A DNA stretch of 64,000 nucleotides from Camelus dromedarius (Eukaryota), in assembly GCF_036321535.1 (NCBI RefSeq), contig NC_087438.1, forward strand, positions 14,014,001 through 14,078,000, read 5' to 3'. Of the stretch, positions 14,901 to 28,559 are shown in pieces (position 1 is the stretch's first letter; each line of letters opens with the position of its first letter). The notes under the pieces were generated by a model that did no database searches, was not told the DNA's origin, and saw nothing but the letters and a program-made list of their open reading frames with translations. A program made the position numbers and the translations under genes.

Positions 14901-16835
14901 GAAGAAAGAAAGGAAGAAAGGAAGAAAGGAAGAAAGAAAGGAAGAAAGAAAGAAAGAAAGAAAGAGCGAACGAACGAACTACATGGAGACAACAACATGT
15001 CACTAAAAACCCAATGGGTCAAAGATGAAATCAAAGAGAAAATTTAAAAAACACCTTAAAACAAATGACAATGAGGACACAACCACACAAAATCTATGGG
15101 ATGCAGCAAAAGCAGTCCTAAAAGGAAATTGCATAGTGATACAGGTCTTCCTCAAAACACAAGAAAAATCTTAAATAAACAACCTAACCTACCATCTAAA
15201 ATAATTAGAATGATAAGAACAAACAAAACCTAAAGTCAGCAGAAGAATAAATATTAATAATCAGAGAGGAAATAAATAAGATAGAGATCAAAGAAAACAA
15301 TAGAAAAAAATCAATAAAACTAAGGGCTGTTTTTTAAAAGAGTAAACAAAATCAATAAACCTATGGCCAGGCTCACTAAGATAAAATGAGAGAGAACCCA
15401 AAGAAACAAAATAAGAAATGAAAGAGGAGAAATTACACAGGATACCACAGAAATGTCCACAGAAATATGAAAAAAAACCACAAAGGAATACTATGAATAA
15501 TTATATGAAAACAAATTGGGCAACCTAGAATAACTTAATACAGATCATTCTCAAACTTCTCCAAAAGACTGCAGAGAAGGGAACACTCCCAAACTCATTC
15601 TATGAAGCCACCATCACCCAGATAACTAAAACCAGACAAAGACATTAACAAAAAAAGAAATTTACAAGGCAATATTTTTGATAAATATAGATGCAAAAAT
15701 TATCAACTAAATATTAGCAAACTGAATTCAACAACACATAAAAATGATCAAACACTACGATCAAGCTGGATTCATCTCAGTATCACAAGGATGGTTTAAC
15801 ACATGCAAATCAATCAATGTCATACCACATCAACAAGAGAAAGAACAAAAACCACCTGATCATCTCAATAGATGTAGAAAAGGCATTTCATAAAATTCAA
15901 CATCGATTTATGATAAAAACTCTTACCAAAGTGGGTATAGAGGGAACATATCTCAACATAATAAAAGCTATGTATGACAAACCCACAGCCAACATAATAC
16001 TCAATGGTGAAAAGTTGAAAGCTAAAATCTGGAACAAGACAGGATGGCCACTCTCACCACTTATAGTCACATAGTATTGGAAATCCTAGCCATAGCAATC
16101 AGACAAAAAAAGAAATAAAAGGGATCCAAATTGCAAGAGAGGAGGTAAAATTGTCACTATATGTAGATGACATGATACTGACTATAGAAAATCCTAAATA
16201 TGCCACACAAAAACTACTAGAGCTGATAAATGAATTCAGCAAGGTAACAGGATAAAAGATTAGCATACAGAAATCTGTTGCATTTCTTTGCACTGACAAT
16301 GAAATAACAGAAAACAAAAGTTAAAAAAAAAATCCCTTTTAAAATTGTATCAAAAAATACCTAGGAATAAACCTGACTAAGGAGGTGAAAGACTTAGCAG
16401 CAGAGAATACAAAACACTGATTAAAAGAATTAAAGATAATATAAAGAAATGTGAAGACAGCCCATGCTCTTGGATTGGAAGAGTTAATATTGTTAAAATG
16501 GCCATGCTACCCAAAGCAACCTACAGATTTAACACAATCCTTATCAAATTACCCGGTATATTTTTGACAAAGCTGGAACAAATAATCCTCAAATATATAT
16601 GGAATCACAAAAGACCCAGAATTGCCAAAGCAATACTAAAGAAAAAAAAAAAGAAAAAATGAAGCTGGGGGCACAACTCTCCCAGACTTCGAACACTGTT
16701 ACAGTTACAGTAATCAAAACAGCATGGTATTGACACAAAGATATATGGATCAATGGAACAGAATAGAAAGCACAGAAAAAAAAAAAAACCCACACCTACA
16801 GTCAATTAACCTTTGACCAAGGTGGCAAGAATGCA
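11995..16835 (+). mobile_element. L1 with 5' UTR, ORF1 and ORF2 (EN/RT) remnants; internal deletions; 3' end missing
   Basis: 5' UTR start (caagacagcagagtatgaaag...cctcccatggacacac), ORF1 coiled-coil remnant about 13185-13950, ORF2 start atggcaataaat near 14116, EN motifs, RT YVDD (tatgtagatgac) near 16159; stops abruptly near 16835. Confidence 0.9.
14830..14978. repeat. Polypurine (GAAA/GGAA)n tract inside L1 ORF2
   Basis: Continuous A/G tract ending in (CGAA)n. Confidence 0.95.
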
Positions 16836-17548
16836 CCTTTAATTCCCTTAATTAATGTTTTATATTCTCTGCTGGTAAGTCTTTCACCCCCTTGGTTTGC
16901 TCTGTATTCCCATTTCCTACACTGAGAGGTACATAAATGAAAACCAATTTTTTGGATATACTTTAAAAAACATAATGTGCAGATTTACTTTTTGTAAACT
17001 AGATCCAACCTGTGGTGAAATAATTTATCTGTTCTTGTGAAGTCCTTTCTATTTTGAATTGATCCGTTTTATTAGGGGATTCTGAGGCTAGTCTACTCTC
17101 ATAAGAAGTAAATATAGAAACTAAGGAATCTGAAGTAGCTTAAAATGCAATCTGGTAGGTCACATCAATCGTTAAAAAAAGTGATAAAGTAAATTGACTT
17201 TGTGGTCCTTCTTGACTTTACAAAAACAAAGGTAATTATTCATAGGAAAACAAAAGGAATCATTACTTCATAAAGCAATACAAAGTTTTTTTACCAGATA
17301 TCAGAACAACGATGTTCAAAAAATTAACAGACTATATTTCTACAAACTCTTTCCCGCGACATAAGTGTAGGTTGAAAAGTTTGACGTGCAATCATTCAAT
17401 AAATACTTACAGAATATTGTTTCAACTGATGTATTTACAGTAATAGAATACAGCAAAAGTAAAGTAGAACTTCTAAACCTTCTCTTCAAAAAACCTGGAA
17501 GCTTCTGCTCTCACTCTCTTGAAATGCTGCCCTAATACTGAAAGTGAC

Positions 17549-18402
17549 ATATTTCTCCCATTTCATAGGTTAATTTTGTTGATCATTTACTTTGCTGTGC
17601 AGAAATTTTAAAGTTCAATGTAGCCCCACTTGTTTATTATTGCTTTTGATGTCAAATTTTAAAAAATCATTGCCGAGATTGATGTCAAGGAGTTTACCCC
17701 TTATGTTTTCTTCTAAGAATTTTATGGTTGCAAGTCTTAGGTTCAAGTATTTAATCCGTCTTGAGTTGATTTTTACATACAGAGCAAGTCAGGGGTCCAA
17801 ATTCATTCTTTTGCATGGAGATGTCCAGTTTTCCCAACCCCATTTATTGAAGAGACTATACTTTCCCCATTATATATTCTCAGTTATTTTATCAATAACT
17901 AAATATCCATATACACGTGGGTACTTCCAGGCTCTTTATTCTGTTCCACTGATCCATATGTTCATTTTTATGCCATGTACTGTTTTGATCAGTACAGCTT
18001 TATAATACAGTTTGAAATCAGGAAATATGAATCCTCTACCATTACGTTTTCTTATGATTGCTTTGGGTATTTGGAGTCTTTTGAGGATCTATACAAATTT
18101 TAGGATTGTTTGTTCTGTGTCTGTGAAAAATGCCATTAGAATTTTAATAGGGATTGTATTTAATTTGCCAATTGCTTTAGGTAGTATGGATATTTTAACA
18201 ATATTAATCTTTTCAATCCATGAACACAGAATATCTTTCCATTTATTTGGTCTTCTTCATTTTATTTCCTCAATATCTTACTGTTTTCAGCATACAGATT
18301 TTTCACCTACTTGGTTAAATTTATTCCTAAGTATTTTATTCTTTTTGATTTTATTGGAAATAGGATCATTTTCTTAATTTCTCTTTCTGATGGTTCATTG
18401 TA
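17549..18402 (-). mobile_element. L1 ORF2 fragment (older L1MA/MB-like)
   Basis: Reverse-complement ORF2 motifs (tttgctgtgcagaaa, ccatttattgaagagact, gtagtatggatattttaacaatattaat). Confidence 0.9.
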
Positions 18403-20404
18403 AAATGAATGATATCTTGAGCCAGCAAATTGTGGCTTGGTTTGTTATAATACAAAAGCTAACTGACACAGAAGAAAAAGTATGAGAAGAAAACTAAGAA
18501 TAAAAAAAAACTTACGAATCTTAGAAACATCTGTCCAATTTATGATTTATCAGTTGTCCTATGTGATTCTTCATACACACTCTAACTTAACTTTGTAGCA
18601 CTGTAGTGTCTGCCTCACTTTACTGACATTATCTCATTCTGAAGCTATGCCCCAGGGAAATAATTTTAAAATGGCTACTAGAATCCTGGAAGATAGCCAG
18701 GTGAAGCTCCCAAGGTGTTTGAGCAGAACTAAATCAGTTTCCCAACAAGAAGCACAATAAAATCAGCACAGCTGGTGTCTCTTCTGGTTGCTTTGCAACA
18801 AAGAACACAGCTGCAAATGGAAACAGGTCTGGGGTTTAGAGATTGGACGAGAACAAAGAAAACATGAAAAAAAATTAGGGATGTTGTAATACATCTCCCA
18901 AGGCAAGGAACCTTGCAGAATTTAAGAGTCATATGGTAAAATTCATCTTCTCCTTATATGCCAAATTAAGTTTTAGTACTCCATTGGAATTAAAGTTCAT
19001 AAGTTATATATTCATAATTTTCATATAATACTTTGTTCTCTCTCCAATAAATCAAAAACCCATATTCCTATAATCCAAGTTTTAAAATGCTTTTAAATAA
19101 TGTTAATTATAGGTATATTTTATTAACATACAGAAGAGAATAGGTCAAGATTTATATACTTCCTTATAAATATGTTTCTGTGAAAAACATAGAAGATGTA
19201 AAATTTATTTTCAAGCAAATTGGATTGCGATCTGGAATGGTTTTCTTTGAAGCAATTTCTATATCTAAAGCAATTTTTTGAAAATTTAAAGGTGTTGCAA
19301 GACATCCAAATTTAAATTGGTACTACAATCTCCTGATTCCACGTAAAAGCAAGACTAGAATTGCAGAAATTTGGGTAACTTACATACAAATAGAAGAGAC
19401 AAAATTACTTTTTTTTTTTTTTTACTGTTTTTAAAAAGAGATCTACCAAAACACACAATTTAAAAAAATTTACTACCTTTTTTATGGTAAAATAATATAT
19501 GTCATGGCAATCCTGCTAAATGTCTTAAAACACTTAAGAGTGCCCTTTCCGTCTGAGAATGGCAATGCTATTTACAAGTAAGATTATATTCATTCTATCT
19601 TTATTTCCAAAAAGCCCCATGGGCTCCTGAACACTGACTCCAAAAACTGGAATAATTTCATCACAGGGTTATTTTCCTCTTTGTGCAATGATAATAATAT
19701 TAACCTTTCATATTCTTATGACTCAGTTTTGAAAAACTTAGACATTTAATTAAAAAAAATAGAAAACCAAATGTATAAATTACTTCTATAGAATAATTGA
19801 CAGGAGGTGGTAAAGTCATTAAGGCTGAAATGGTAATAAACCACATATCACAGAAAATAAAAAATGTTAAATGTGTACGAGTCTCTTCATAGTCCTATCA
19901 GGTTACATTTGCCCTCTATAATATAATATCATTCTGTCCACATATATTCACTTTGTTAAATGCAGTCACATTTTTAGATAAGTTTAAAAAAGCAATATGA
20001 CAGCTTACTAGACACCCATCATAATTCAAATGGTCCTTTTCTAAATCAATGCTATAAAAACAGACAGATTTTTTTTTTTAAATTAGAACTATGACTCTCA
20101 AGTAGCCATGCTGTTACTTTTCTTTCTGTGAGCACGAATAACCTAACTTTAGTCAATGGTTTTCCTCTCTGATTTTATAGCGTTATGTATTTAAATATGG
20201 CAACTAATATCTAAACATGAAAATTGCCTCCCTGTGCAGATTGAATTGGTTTTGGTCATAAAATATATGGCATGAGCATTTTAACACTATGTGATCCTCT
20301 TTGGTAGTGACTCTAAATTTAACAAATATAATTTCTTCCATTCATGTTTATAATTTGAATTTTTTTTCATTCTTTTATCTTGAATGTTATTTTTTTGGGG
20401 GGGG

Positions 20405-20628
20405 CAGTGATTCTCAAAAGCAATTTTGGCCTCCAGAGATCTTTTGACAATGTCTGAAGACATCACAACATGGCAGCACTGGGAGGGATACTATTGGAAT
20501 CTAATGGGGAAAGAAGAGAGCAGGGATGCTGTTAAATATTCTATAATGCACAGGACAGTCCCCCCCACCCCCAAAACAAATAATTATTCAGTCCAAAATG
20601 TCAATAGTGGCATGGCTGAAAAACTCTT
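20405..20628 (+). mobile_element. MER20 (hAT-Charlie MITE)
   Basis: CAGTGATTCTCAA start, cagggatgctgttaaatattctataatgcacaggacag core, ccaaaatgtcaatagtg...gctgaaaaactct end. Confidence 0.85.
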
Positions 20629-21799
20629 TTTTAGAGGGATATGATTCCCTCGATAATAGTTGAAATTACGTGGTGTATATAAATCAAAGAGATAAAGAAA
20701 AACCCTATATTATAACATGCACCAAAAACCACTGCAATTTTCTTTTTGTCTCTTTGTTAAAACATCCAGAATGCCACTGACTCTGTCTGCTGATTATTAC
20801 TCACTGACAAGACACATACAACGACATTACACTTCTCTCGCCAGCAACACAACACACAGCAATTACTCGGAAGGCTCCATGACTATTTCTTAGCATCGTA
20901 GATACACAAGAAACAATAATCTGATAAAAACTTTCACAACCAGGAAGTCTCTGGTGTTGCCTTCTCTTGCCTTCTCTGTATTCTCATAGCACATTTTGCA
21001 AAACTCTATAGGGAATCCATCATTTGCATGGTAATCCTGTTTACTCGCCCTTAACCACACAAACACGTGCATACATATATACACGCTAAACTATATAACC
21101 CCACAGTGAAGAGAGAGGAGCATTTTTCTTCATATGTGCTCTATGTAATATGTATCTTTTTTCCCCTTGTCTAACTGACAACCCTTGATACGTTATATAA
21201 GATTCAGAGGACGTCTTCTCTAGTCTGCAAGCTGGGCTCCCTGTTCAACCCTATGGCTCCTCTATTTTTTTGCTTAACAAACGCCATATTGAAATTTTCT
21301 GTTTATATGTCTGCAGCCTGCTCAAGTTTAGGGACCTTGTTTTATTTACTGTTTTATTACTAGCCACTATTACAGTTCTCAGCACATTAAATGCCTTCAC
21401 TCTCTCTCCTTCTTTCCAGAAAGAATTGGAGAGATAAAAGGGAAGAATTCTTTTTTTTTTTTAATGACTGGATAATTCAAAACTCAGTTAATGTGCATAG
21501 AGTAAAAATAATAATCTTCTCTGGCACCATATGCTGAGAAAATTTTGCTGTCAGTCATCACACCATGGCACTAGCATTAGCTGTTACCAGTATTAGAAAC
21601 TGATACAGATTTAAGTTAGTGTAAATGTGACTAATTCCTTTATTATCACAAATCTACATTTTACTTTTTATCATTTCATAAACAACATGAATATATTATG
21701 TTAATGAAGAAGAACGTACTTCTCTCATACCAAATAAAGCTGCAGCTCTTTTCTTCTAGAAGTGATTTCCACCCATGTGCTTATGGACCCTTCAGATAT

Positions 21800-22620
21800 T
21801 TCCTACATATGTAAATGCATATTCTACAACACATATTTATTTTTAAAAATAAATTGGATGTTATTCCACATGGATTTCTGAAAATGCTTTTCTAACTAAA
21901 AGAATCTGGATCTTTAAATGTCAGCATATACAGTTTGCATTCACCCATTTTAAGCTGCCAAGGGTATGAGTATGTGTTTGAAGAATCATTTATTTGAACA
22001 CTTCCTTATCAGTGTAGTTTGAGTGTGTTTTCTACTTTTCACTATTGTGAACAAAACTGCAAGCAAGGGCACCCTTTTACATATATCTTTGCACATCCAT
22101 GTCAGTATACCTATAGTTTTCTACAATAAATATATTATTATAAAAATTTGGATAGATATTGTCAAATTACCCTTCAAAAAACTGTGGGAATTAACCTTTC
22201 TGCTAACAGTTCTGCACATTAACAATTTTGAGAATTATCAAATTTGCATACTTGGTAGCCAAACACTGCTATTTCCTTCTCCTCTGTGGTTTCTTAAATT
22301 ACTAGTAAAATTTGAGACTTTTTTAATATAGTGAACATGTTTTTCCCATGAATCTCTTGTTAATTTCCCCATGTGTATTTGATTGTAGTGTAATTTTTCT
22401 TATTGCAAAAAGCTCCTTATGTAATGAAAATCAGTACTTCGCTCTGTGTTTAAGTTTACCTTTCCATCTTATTAGGGCTAGCATAATTATTTGACATGTA
22501 TATTTTCAAATGTTTCTTCATTTAAATTCATGTCATTTCTTATTGATTATTAGATTCATATCATACATCAAAATTCCTTCACCACATTGTTCTTTTTTTT
22601 AAGTGGATGAATTTTTATAG
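21800..22620 (-). mobile_element. Very old L1 (L1ME-like) remnant
   Basis: Degenerate reverse L1 3' motifs (tttctacttttcactattgtgaacaaaactgc, atattgtcaaattacccttcaaaaa). Confidence 0.5.
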
Positions 22621-23284
22621 CATACTGAGAGTTTTGGCTTTTATAGTTTAAGCATGAATTTATTTACCATTTAGTTTGAACTAAAGTGTTGAGAAAAACA
22701 CTAGTTGACATTGGTCAACATTATGATCACACCTTGTCCTTCATCTGAACTCCACTCCTCAGCTTAGTTACTTTCCACTCCAGAAAGTGACCCTGGACGA
22801 TTCTATCTGTCTTATTGCCAACACCATCTGGGTCACAATGTCCTTCAGCTACCTGGAACCTATTGCCTTTTTCTACACTATCTATGATGTATGTATTTTG
22901 GGGTTGTTAGAGCGACTTTTCTTAAAAAGCATGTCCCTATTGGACCCCCTAGGGATTAGATTCTAGTATATAAAAATGGCTATTCCTCTGCTTCCATGCA
23001 ATTTTGGGTGAATTTTCCTTTTTATGGTATTGAGCCATCTCAAATGTCTTACTATCTTAATATCTCTGGAACAAGAACGTTATAATACTATCAAATCCAT
23101 TCTAAAGAACCAAGAAGGGGAACCTCACCTCTGGCTCAGTAAACTATATGGATTCTGGATCATCTATTTTCTCTGCTATAATTATTCCACAAAGAGCTTG
23201 ATACAGATTTTATGTTTTTAACTCTATTTTAAAAAAATGAGAACTCAAAAGCTGAAGCTCTATCTAGCTTATACATCTTGTCCA

Positions 23285-23458
23285 GTTGCATTTATTACTA
23301 ACCATGTGATTGATCTTGGGCAAGTTACTTAACTCTGTATAACAGTTTTATCCTCTGTAAAACAAAAATAATAGTAATACCAACATCATGATGACACAGC
23401 ATGGAATTGTTGCAAATGGTATGCAATGCCTGATACATAGTAAGTGCTCAACAAATAT
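23285..23458 (+). mobile_element. MIR SINE
   Basis: MIR core gatcttgggcaagttacttaactct...cctctgtaaaa; tail catagtaagtgctcaacaaatat. Confidence 0.8.
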
Positions 23459-24620
23459 CCCCTGGAGTTGTTTCAGGACTGCTGTGGCATCCTGTGGTGT
23501 CAGACTTTGGCAAATAAATCAGTTACTTTGTGGTCATCAGTGTTTGATTTTCGGCCAGACTCGAAGTGTACATTCAAAATATCCAATCTCTTTTTATCCA
23601 CTGATCCAAACTTCTACGGGTCCAATTATTTCTACAGTTGATAGGAAGTAAGATTTAGAGATCTGAAATCAAATGTTAGCTTCACCACTGGCAGTAAGAG
23701 AAAATGCTGCCAGAGCAAAGGCATCCAGCATCACAGTGACACAGTGGAAACGGAAAGGAGGGATGATTTTATGCGTCATTGCCAAATCCAGCCACTTCAT
23801 GGAAAATGACATCCCTGTTTCTTATCCAATGCTAAAACCTTTCTCGTTACTCCTTTGGGTTCAGTGTTGGACTCAGTTCTTTGGTTATTGGGTTAATATT
23901 AAAACCTAGAATTTGTCCAAGTACCAATTCAGATTCAACGCAGCTTCCTGTGTCTGAAATCCAACTCCATAGCTTAAAAAGACAAGATTTACTTTCTAAA
24001 GAAAGCTCTTGGGATCTGCAGGCCAGGGCTGGAGCATCGGTTCTGTGATGCATCATTCTTCCGGGCCCTTTCATCTTTCTGCTCCATCTCACTCAGCAAG
24101 AGGCTTTCATCTTTCTGGTTCTAAGTGGCTGCTGCATTTCTATACCACGTCTGCATTTAGGCAGCAAGAAAGGAACGTGGCAGTGGGTGAAATATGTGTG
24201 CCAGGTGTGTCTTTCCACAGGAAACCTGTATCTTTCCTAGAACTTTCCACCTTATTGGTTTCCACTTAACGTCCTACCATCTAGAATTATATCACATGAC
24301 CATTCTTAGATGAAAAGGAAGAGTAAGAGGTAAATATTTAATTCTGCAGTGTCACTCTGAACAAAACTAAGTTCTCTTAGTAATAAGGAAGGATAGACGG
24401 AATATTGGACATTCAGGCTTTTCCCTAAAGGGAAGATGCTCGATTCTATTGTTCGTAACAAATGCCATGCTTTTGTGTCTGTGTGTGTAGTCATCAGGGC
24501 AGTCAGAGCACGGACTCTCCTAGAAGAGCAGGTGCCTCATCCAGCAGGAGTATTAGAAGGTAACACTATCCTCTCATTGTTCCCACTGCCTCCAGGATCA
24601 TTTCCTAAAATCCCTTACAA

Positions 24621-24847
24621 TAGAGGTTGGCAAACTTTTTCTGTAAAATGCAACATAGTAAATATTTTAGGCGTGTGAGCCATAAAGACTTAGTTGCCAC
24701 CACTCAGCTCTGCCGCTGTAGTGCCCAAACTACCAAACGCAGTATTTAAATCAATGGCTATGGCTTTGTTCCGGTAAAATTTTGTTTACAACAACAGACA
24801 GCAGGCTGGATTTGTCTCTACTGCCATGGTTTTTGTTGGTCCTTCTG
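24621..24847 (+). mobile_element. MER58A-like hAT MITE
   Basis: agaggttggcaaactttttctgtaaa...atagtaaatattttaggc...actcagctctgccgctgtagtg...gcaggctggatttg. Confidence 0.85.
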
Positions 24848-25195
24848 CTACAAGTTTTTTATTTTTAAACTTAATGGTAGTGCAAGTATCACTCATTCTT
24901 AAGCAGACCACACTCCACAAACATTTGTATCACCTCCCATACATTCATATTACAGTGTGTATTAGGTACTATTACGGTAATTTTTATGCATTTGATTTTC
25001 CAAAGTGAAGTCATACACATCCAATATAGTTTCCAATGTTCAGCCTAAAGCTTGCTGTGGTCCTTCAACAGAATTGTACCTAGAAGAACCATGGTAGAAG
25101 AGACTGAAAACTTATTGTTTGCCCACTTTTTCCTCTTTTCTCAAATATTAAAGTCTCTCTCTGAACCATACTCATCTCCATAAAATAACTTAATA

Positions 25196-25343
25196 CAGTT
25201 GACCCTTGAACATGTGCGGTTTAAGGGGCACCAAACTTTCACAGTCAAAAAGCTACACATAACTCACAGTCAACCCTTCATATAAGGAGGCTCCTGTAAG
25301 TGGACCCCTGTAATTCACACCCCTGCTGTTCAAGGGTCAACTG
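25196..25343. mobile_element. Tigger2/MER8-type MITE, internally deleted
   Basis: Perfect 17-bp TIR CAGTTGACCCTTGAACA / TGTTCAAGGGTCAACTG with TA on both sides. Confidence 0.92.
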
Positions 25344-26929
25344 TACTAATTATTCTCCATTCCTATACTCCTCTCTAAGCCCTAGATAAAGACTGCAATG
25401 TTTTGGCTTGTTCCTAAGTTCTCCAGCCTTAGTTACAGTGATTCCTTTAGGATTCAAGATTCCTAAATGTGCAGCACCCTTTAATATCCTCAAATACACC
25501 CTCTTAACTTTAACAGTGTTCACACACATGTATGTAATTCAGGATACATTTCTGAGAACCTTTTTCTTCTCCTTGTCATTTCCCTTGGCTTTTCAATCTC
25601 TGTTCTGATTCATTTCAATTATTTTCAATTTCAGATATTATTAAATATTTTTCTAGATAAGGTGGGAGGATGATATACTTTCTGGATACCTCTTGCATGC
25701 TGGCCAAAGAATCATGTTTGACTGAACGAAGGATTCAGGGTTTTAGTCATTTCTCTGTAGGCTGACAATGATACTCAATTTTTTTACCACATTCCAGTAT
25801 TTCAGGTGATAAATATGATGTGAAAATATATTTTTTTTAAGTTGGTAATGTTAAAAAATTCTGAAAGTTTATAAAAATTTTCCCTTTATCCTTAGCCTTT
25901 AGGAACTTTGCCAGGATTCAGTTAAGTTGGATTGGATTCTTATTCTATTAACCCTTCCTGGAACTCAGAAAGTCTATCAATCTTGCAAATTCTGTGTATT
26001 CTTCACCCTCAGGGAAAAACGTTACTGCTCTTCTCCTTCATCTGCTCACTTCTGCTCTCTGGGGACATTCGTTATTCACACGATAGGTTGAACAAACATA
26101 TCGTCTAAGTCACATACTGTTCTCACAATTTCCATATACTTGTATTTTGATTTTTAGCTTCTTCTTTTGTTCTGGTATGTTCTCAAGTTCCAGGACAATA
26201 ACTTGGGTCTGATCAGTGACCATTTATGCCTCAATCCAATATCACTTTTTGTTGTTCACTTCTTTGTAGAAAACATGACTTTGAGTTACGGAAGTCTCTT
26301 TACAGCGTCCTCAAGCACCAGTGCTCTGACTGCCGAACTGTCGACATGCTGTCTTTCTTGGTGATGACTGCTGTGCGTGTTTTCCTCTCTCTGGCGCTTT
26401 GCTCCCTATGGTTCTGTTGCTTCCTTTGTGCTCCCTGGGGGTACTATGTAGCCCCTGGAACTACTTTACCGGTGGCATTCCCACAAGTGATGGAGTCATG
26501 CAGCTTTTTGCTTTTATAAGAGAAAAGGATTGGCAGATGGGCTGTCAGTCCCTTGACAAGGTGCCAGGAGGATGTCTGTTCTAGAGTTTTCATATAAGCT
26601 CTTACCTGCCAGAGATAATGGTGTCAAGCCCTTCAGTCCCCTCTCAGCTTTCCTAAGAGACCAGTGAGCCTGAGTGCCTTCTGGGCCTTTCCACCGGCTC
26701 TCTGAGGCTGGTCCCTGTGTCCTACGCTGGTCCCTGGAGAGCCATTTTGGCAACTGCGTACTCCCCTGAGAGTCTGGTTAGGAAGGAGAACTTAGTCTGT
26801 CCTTTCTAACCTGCTTCCATAACAGCTTCAGGAGCTATCTGGCTATCTCAAGAAAACTAAAATGGACTGGATTTGAGAAGATGAGTGACTGCAATCTTCC
26901 ATTAAAAGCTTTATATATATGAGACAAAA

Positions 26930-27075
26930 GGTGCTAGCAAAACGTACTATGGTGATCATTTCACAATACCTGTAAGTTAAGCCATCACGCTTTGCACCTT
27001 AAACTTATACAGTGCTTACGTCAATTATATCTCATTAAAACTGGAAAATAATTTTCCAAATTAAAAAAAAAACAA
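26930..27075 (+). mobile_element. Short L1 3' UTR tail
   Basis: ggtgatcatttcacaata...caccttaaacttatacagtg...tcaattatatctcattaaaactggaaa followed by an A-run. Confidence 0.75.
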
Positions 27076-27971
27076 ACTTAGGTATATATCCAATTACACA
27101 GAGAGATTTGATTAATGACTAAGATAATCTTAATTTAAAATAAAACTCTTACATGTACAGTAAAATTAAATATATGAAAGCTCTACTCAAAATAGATGTT
27201 CTAAATCCAAGCTAAGAGTCTTACAGAGATAGTAAAATGTTATTATCATAGCTGAACTTGATTTTATTTATATTCAGGGAACTCATCATCTGAGATAAAA
27301 ATGAAATAGCTAGACCACGGAGATCTGTGAGTGGTGGGAAAGCCCAGGACCATCAGAGGGATCTTGATTTATCAAATGCAAGGTAGGTTCTGCACCCAGG
27401 AGAACCTGCAGTCAATTTCTTCCTGGCAATTTTGGAAAGAATTTGGGAAAGTTACTTACATACTTTAAAGTGGTATTCAAAATACTCCACAGGGTTGTTA
27501 CCCATTTTAAGACAAATCAGGTAGGTATCTGCAAAGTTGACTGATTAATGTAGTTGTTACTTGTGCCATGAATCATATTATAAATTGGTCATAACCAGCA
27601 AGCTTAAACCTGCTTAAAAGACGTAGCAAAAGATTTCCAACATTGTATTACCTGTGTCCATGCAAATTGTCACTGAATGTGTTAGTAAGGTTAAAGGGTT
27701 GTGCCAATTAAGCAAGAACTGCAAGTGTTTTCTCATTTATGATGATTTTCCTTGAGATCAAGGTGTTACTTCCACTCCTGAGTTCAGAAACTCATTTTAA
27801 TAAATATTAGATTTTTTAACACTTTAGACCATAGCAAAGTATGGAAATATATTGGAACTTCTTCGAATTTCTTTACCCTCCTTCCAAAATTAAAACCCGG
27901 TCTTCAAAAGATGAATTTTGGATCATCAGAAATATGTTAATTACCAAAGTATAAGCAACAACTGTTCTTAC

Positions 27972-28266
27972 CCATGTCTGACATTTCAGGCACGGTCACG
28001 ATGTACGGTCCATCTGTGAACTTTGGAGCGTTGTCATTAATGTCTTGCACTTTGATGATGAACTCAGATTCAGGTTCAAGGGGCTTATTTGTTCGTCTGT
28101 CAATGGCCTGGGCATGAAGCACATAGTGGGTCTTCTGCTCTCTGTCTAGGCTTTTTGTTGAGTGGATGTCGCCTGTGGTGTCATCAATGATAAATATAGT
28201 CCCGGCACCTTCTCCAGTGAGGATGTATTTGACGGACCCGTCGCCTTTGTCAGAATTGGAGTGCAG
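27972..28266 (-). CDS. CDH18: Cadherin-18 internal coding exon (295 nt, phase 0 start, phase 1 end): most of EC1 and start of EC2
   Basis: Translation [98 protein letters not shown](G) has the cadherin Ca-binding motifs LDRE, DINDNAP and PE, and matches CDH18 as I recall it ([21 protein letters not shown]7 and other type II paralogues differ). Minus-strand acceptor tttgtgtttgcAG|CTG (AG at 28268-28267); donor ATG G|GTAAGA (GT at 27971-27970). Confidence 0.95.
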
Positions 28267-28559
28267 CTGCAAACACAAATGGAATGATTTAACGTGAAAT
28301 TCTTTTTCAGCCTCACTCAGTGTTCTCCGAAAATTGCCATCTATAATTTAAGACTTAGTTTGATTATAACTTTTCTTCCTTCCACAGTGTCCTGTGTGTT
28401 ATTACAACCATGTGTTTGCAGTTTTTCTCTACTTGGCATTAACATGGATACATTTATTTTGATCTAAGAGATCCAATTATTGATTTAGGAAAAATTAATA
28501 AGCATTACTTATTAAAAAAAAATAATCTTGACTGACATTCTACTAAATCAACATTTCAC

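Noticed and set aside
14726..15047. Lys/Glu/Arg-rich and Phe/Leu/Ser-rich ORFs (also 52159-52443)
   Set aside because: Translations of GAAA/GGAA microsatellites.
17592..18377. 137-aa and 121-aa plus-strand ORFs
   Set aside because: Antisense readings of a minus-strand L1 ORF2 fragment.
1..27900. Next CDH18 exon (TSVLQVTATDADD...)
   Set aside because: I could not find it by eye on the minus strand; it probably lies beyond the window start. A tblastn search would settle this.
27937..28278. 113-aa stand-alone mini-cadherin ORF
   Set aside because: The ORF ends are intronic read-through; canonical splice sites define an internal exon at 27972-28266.
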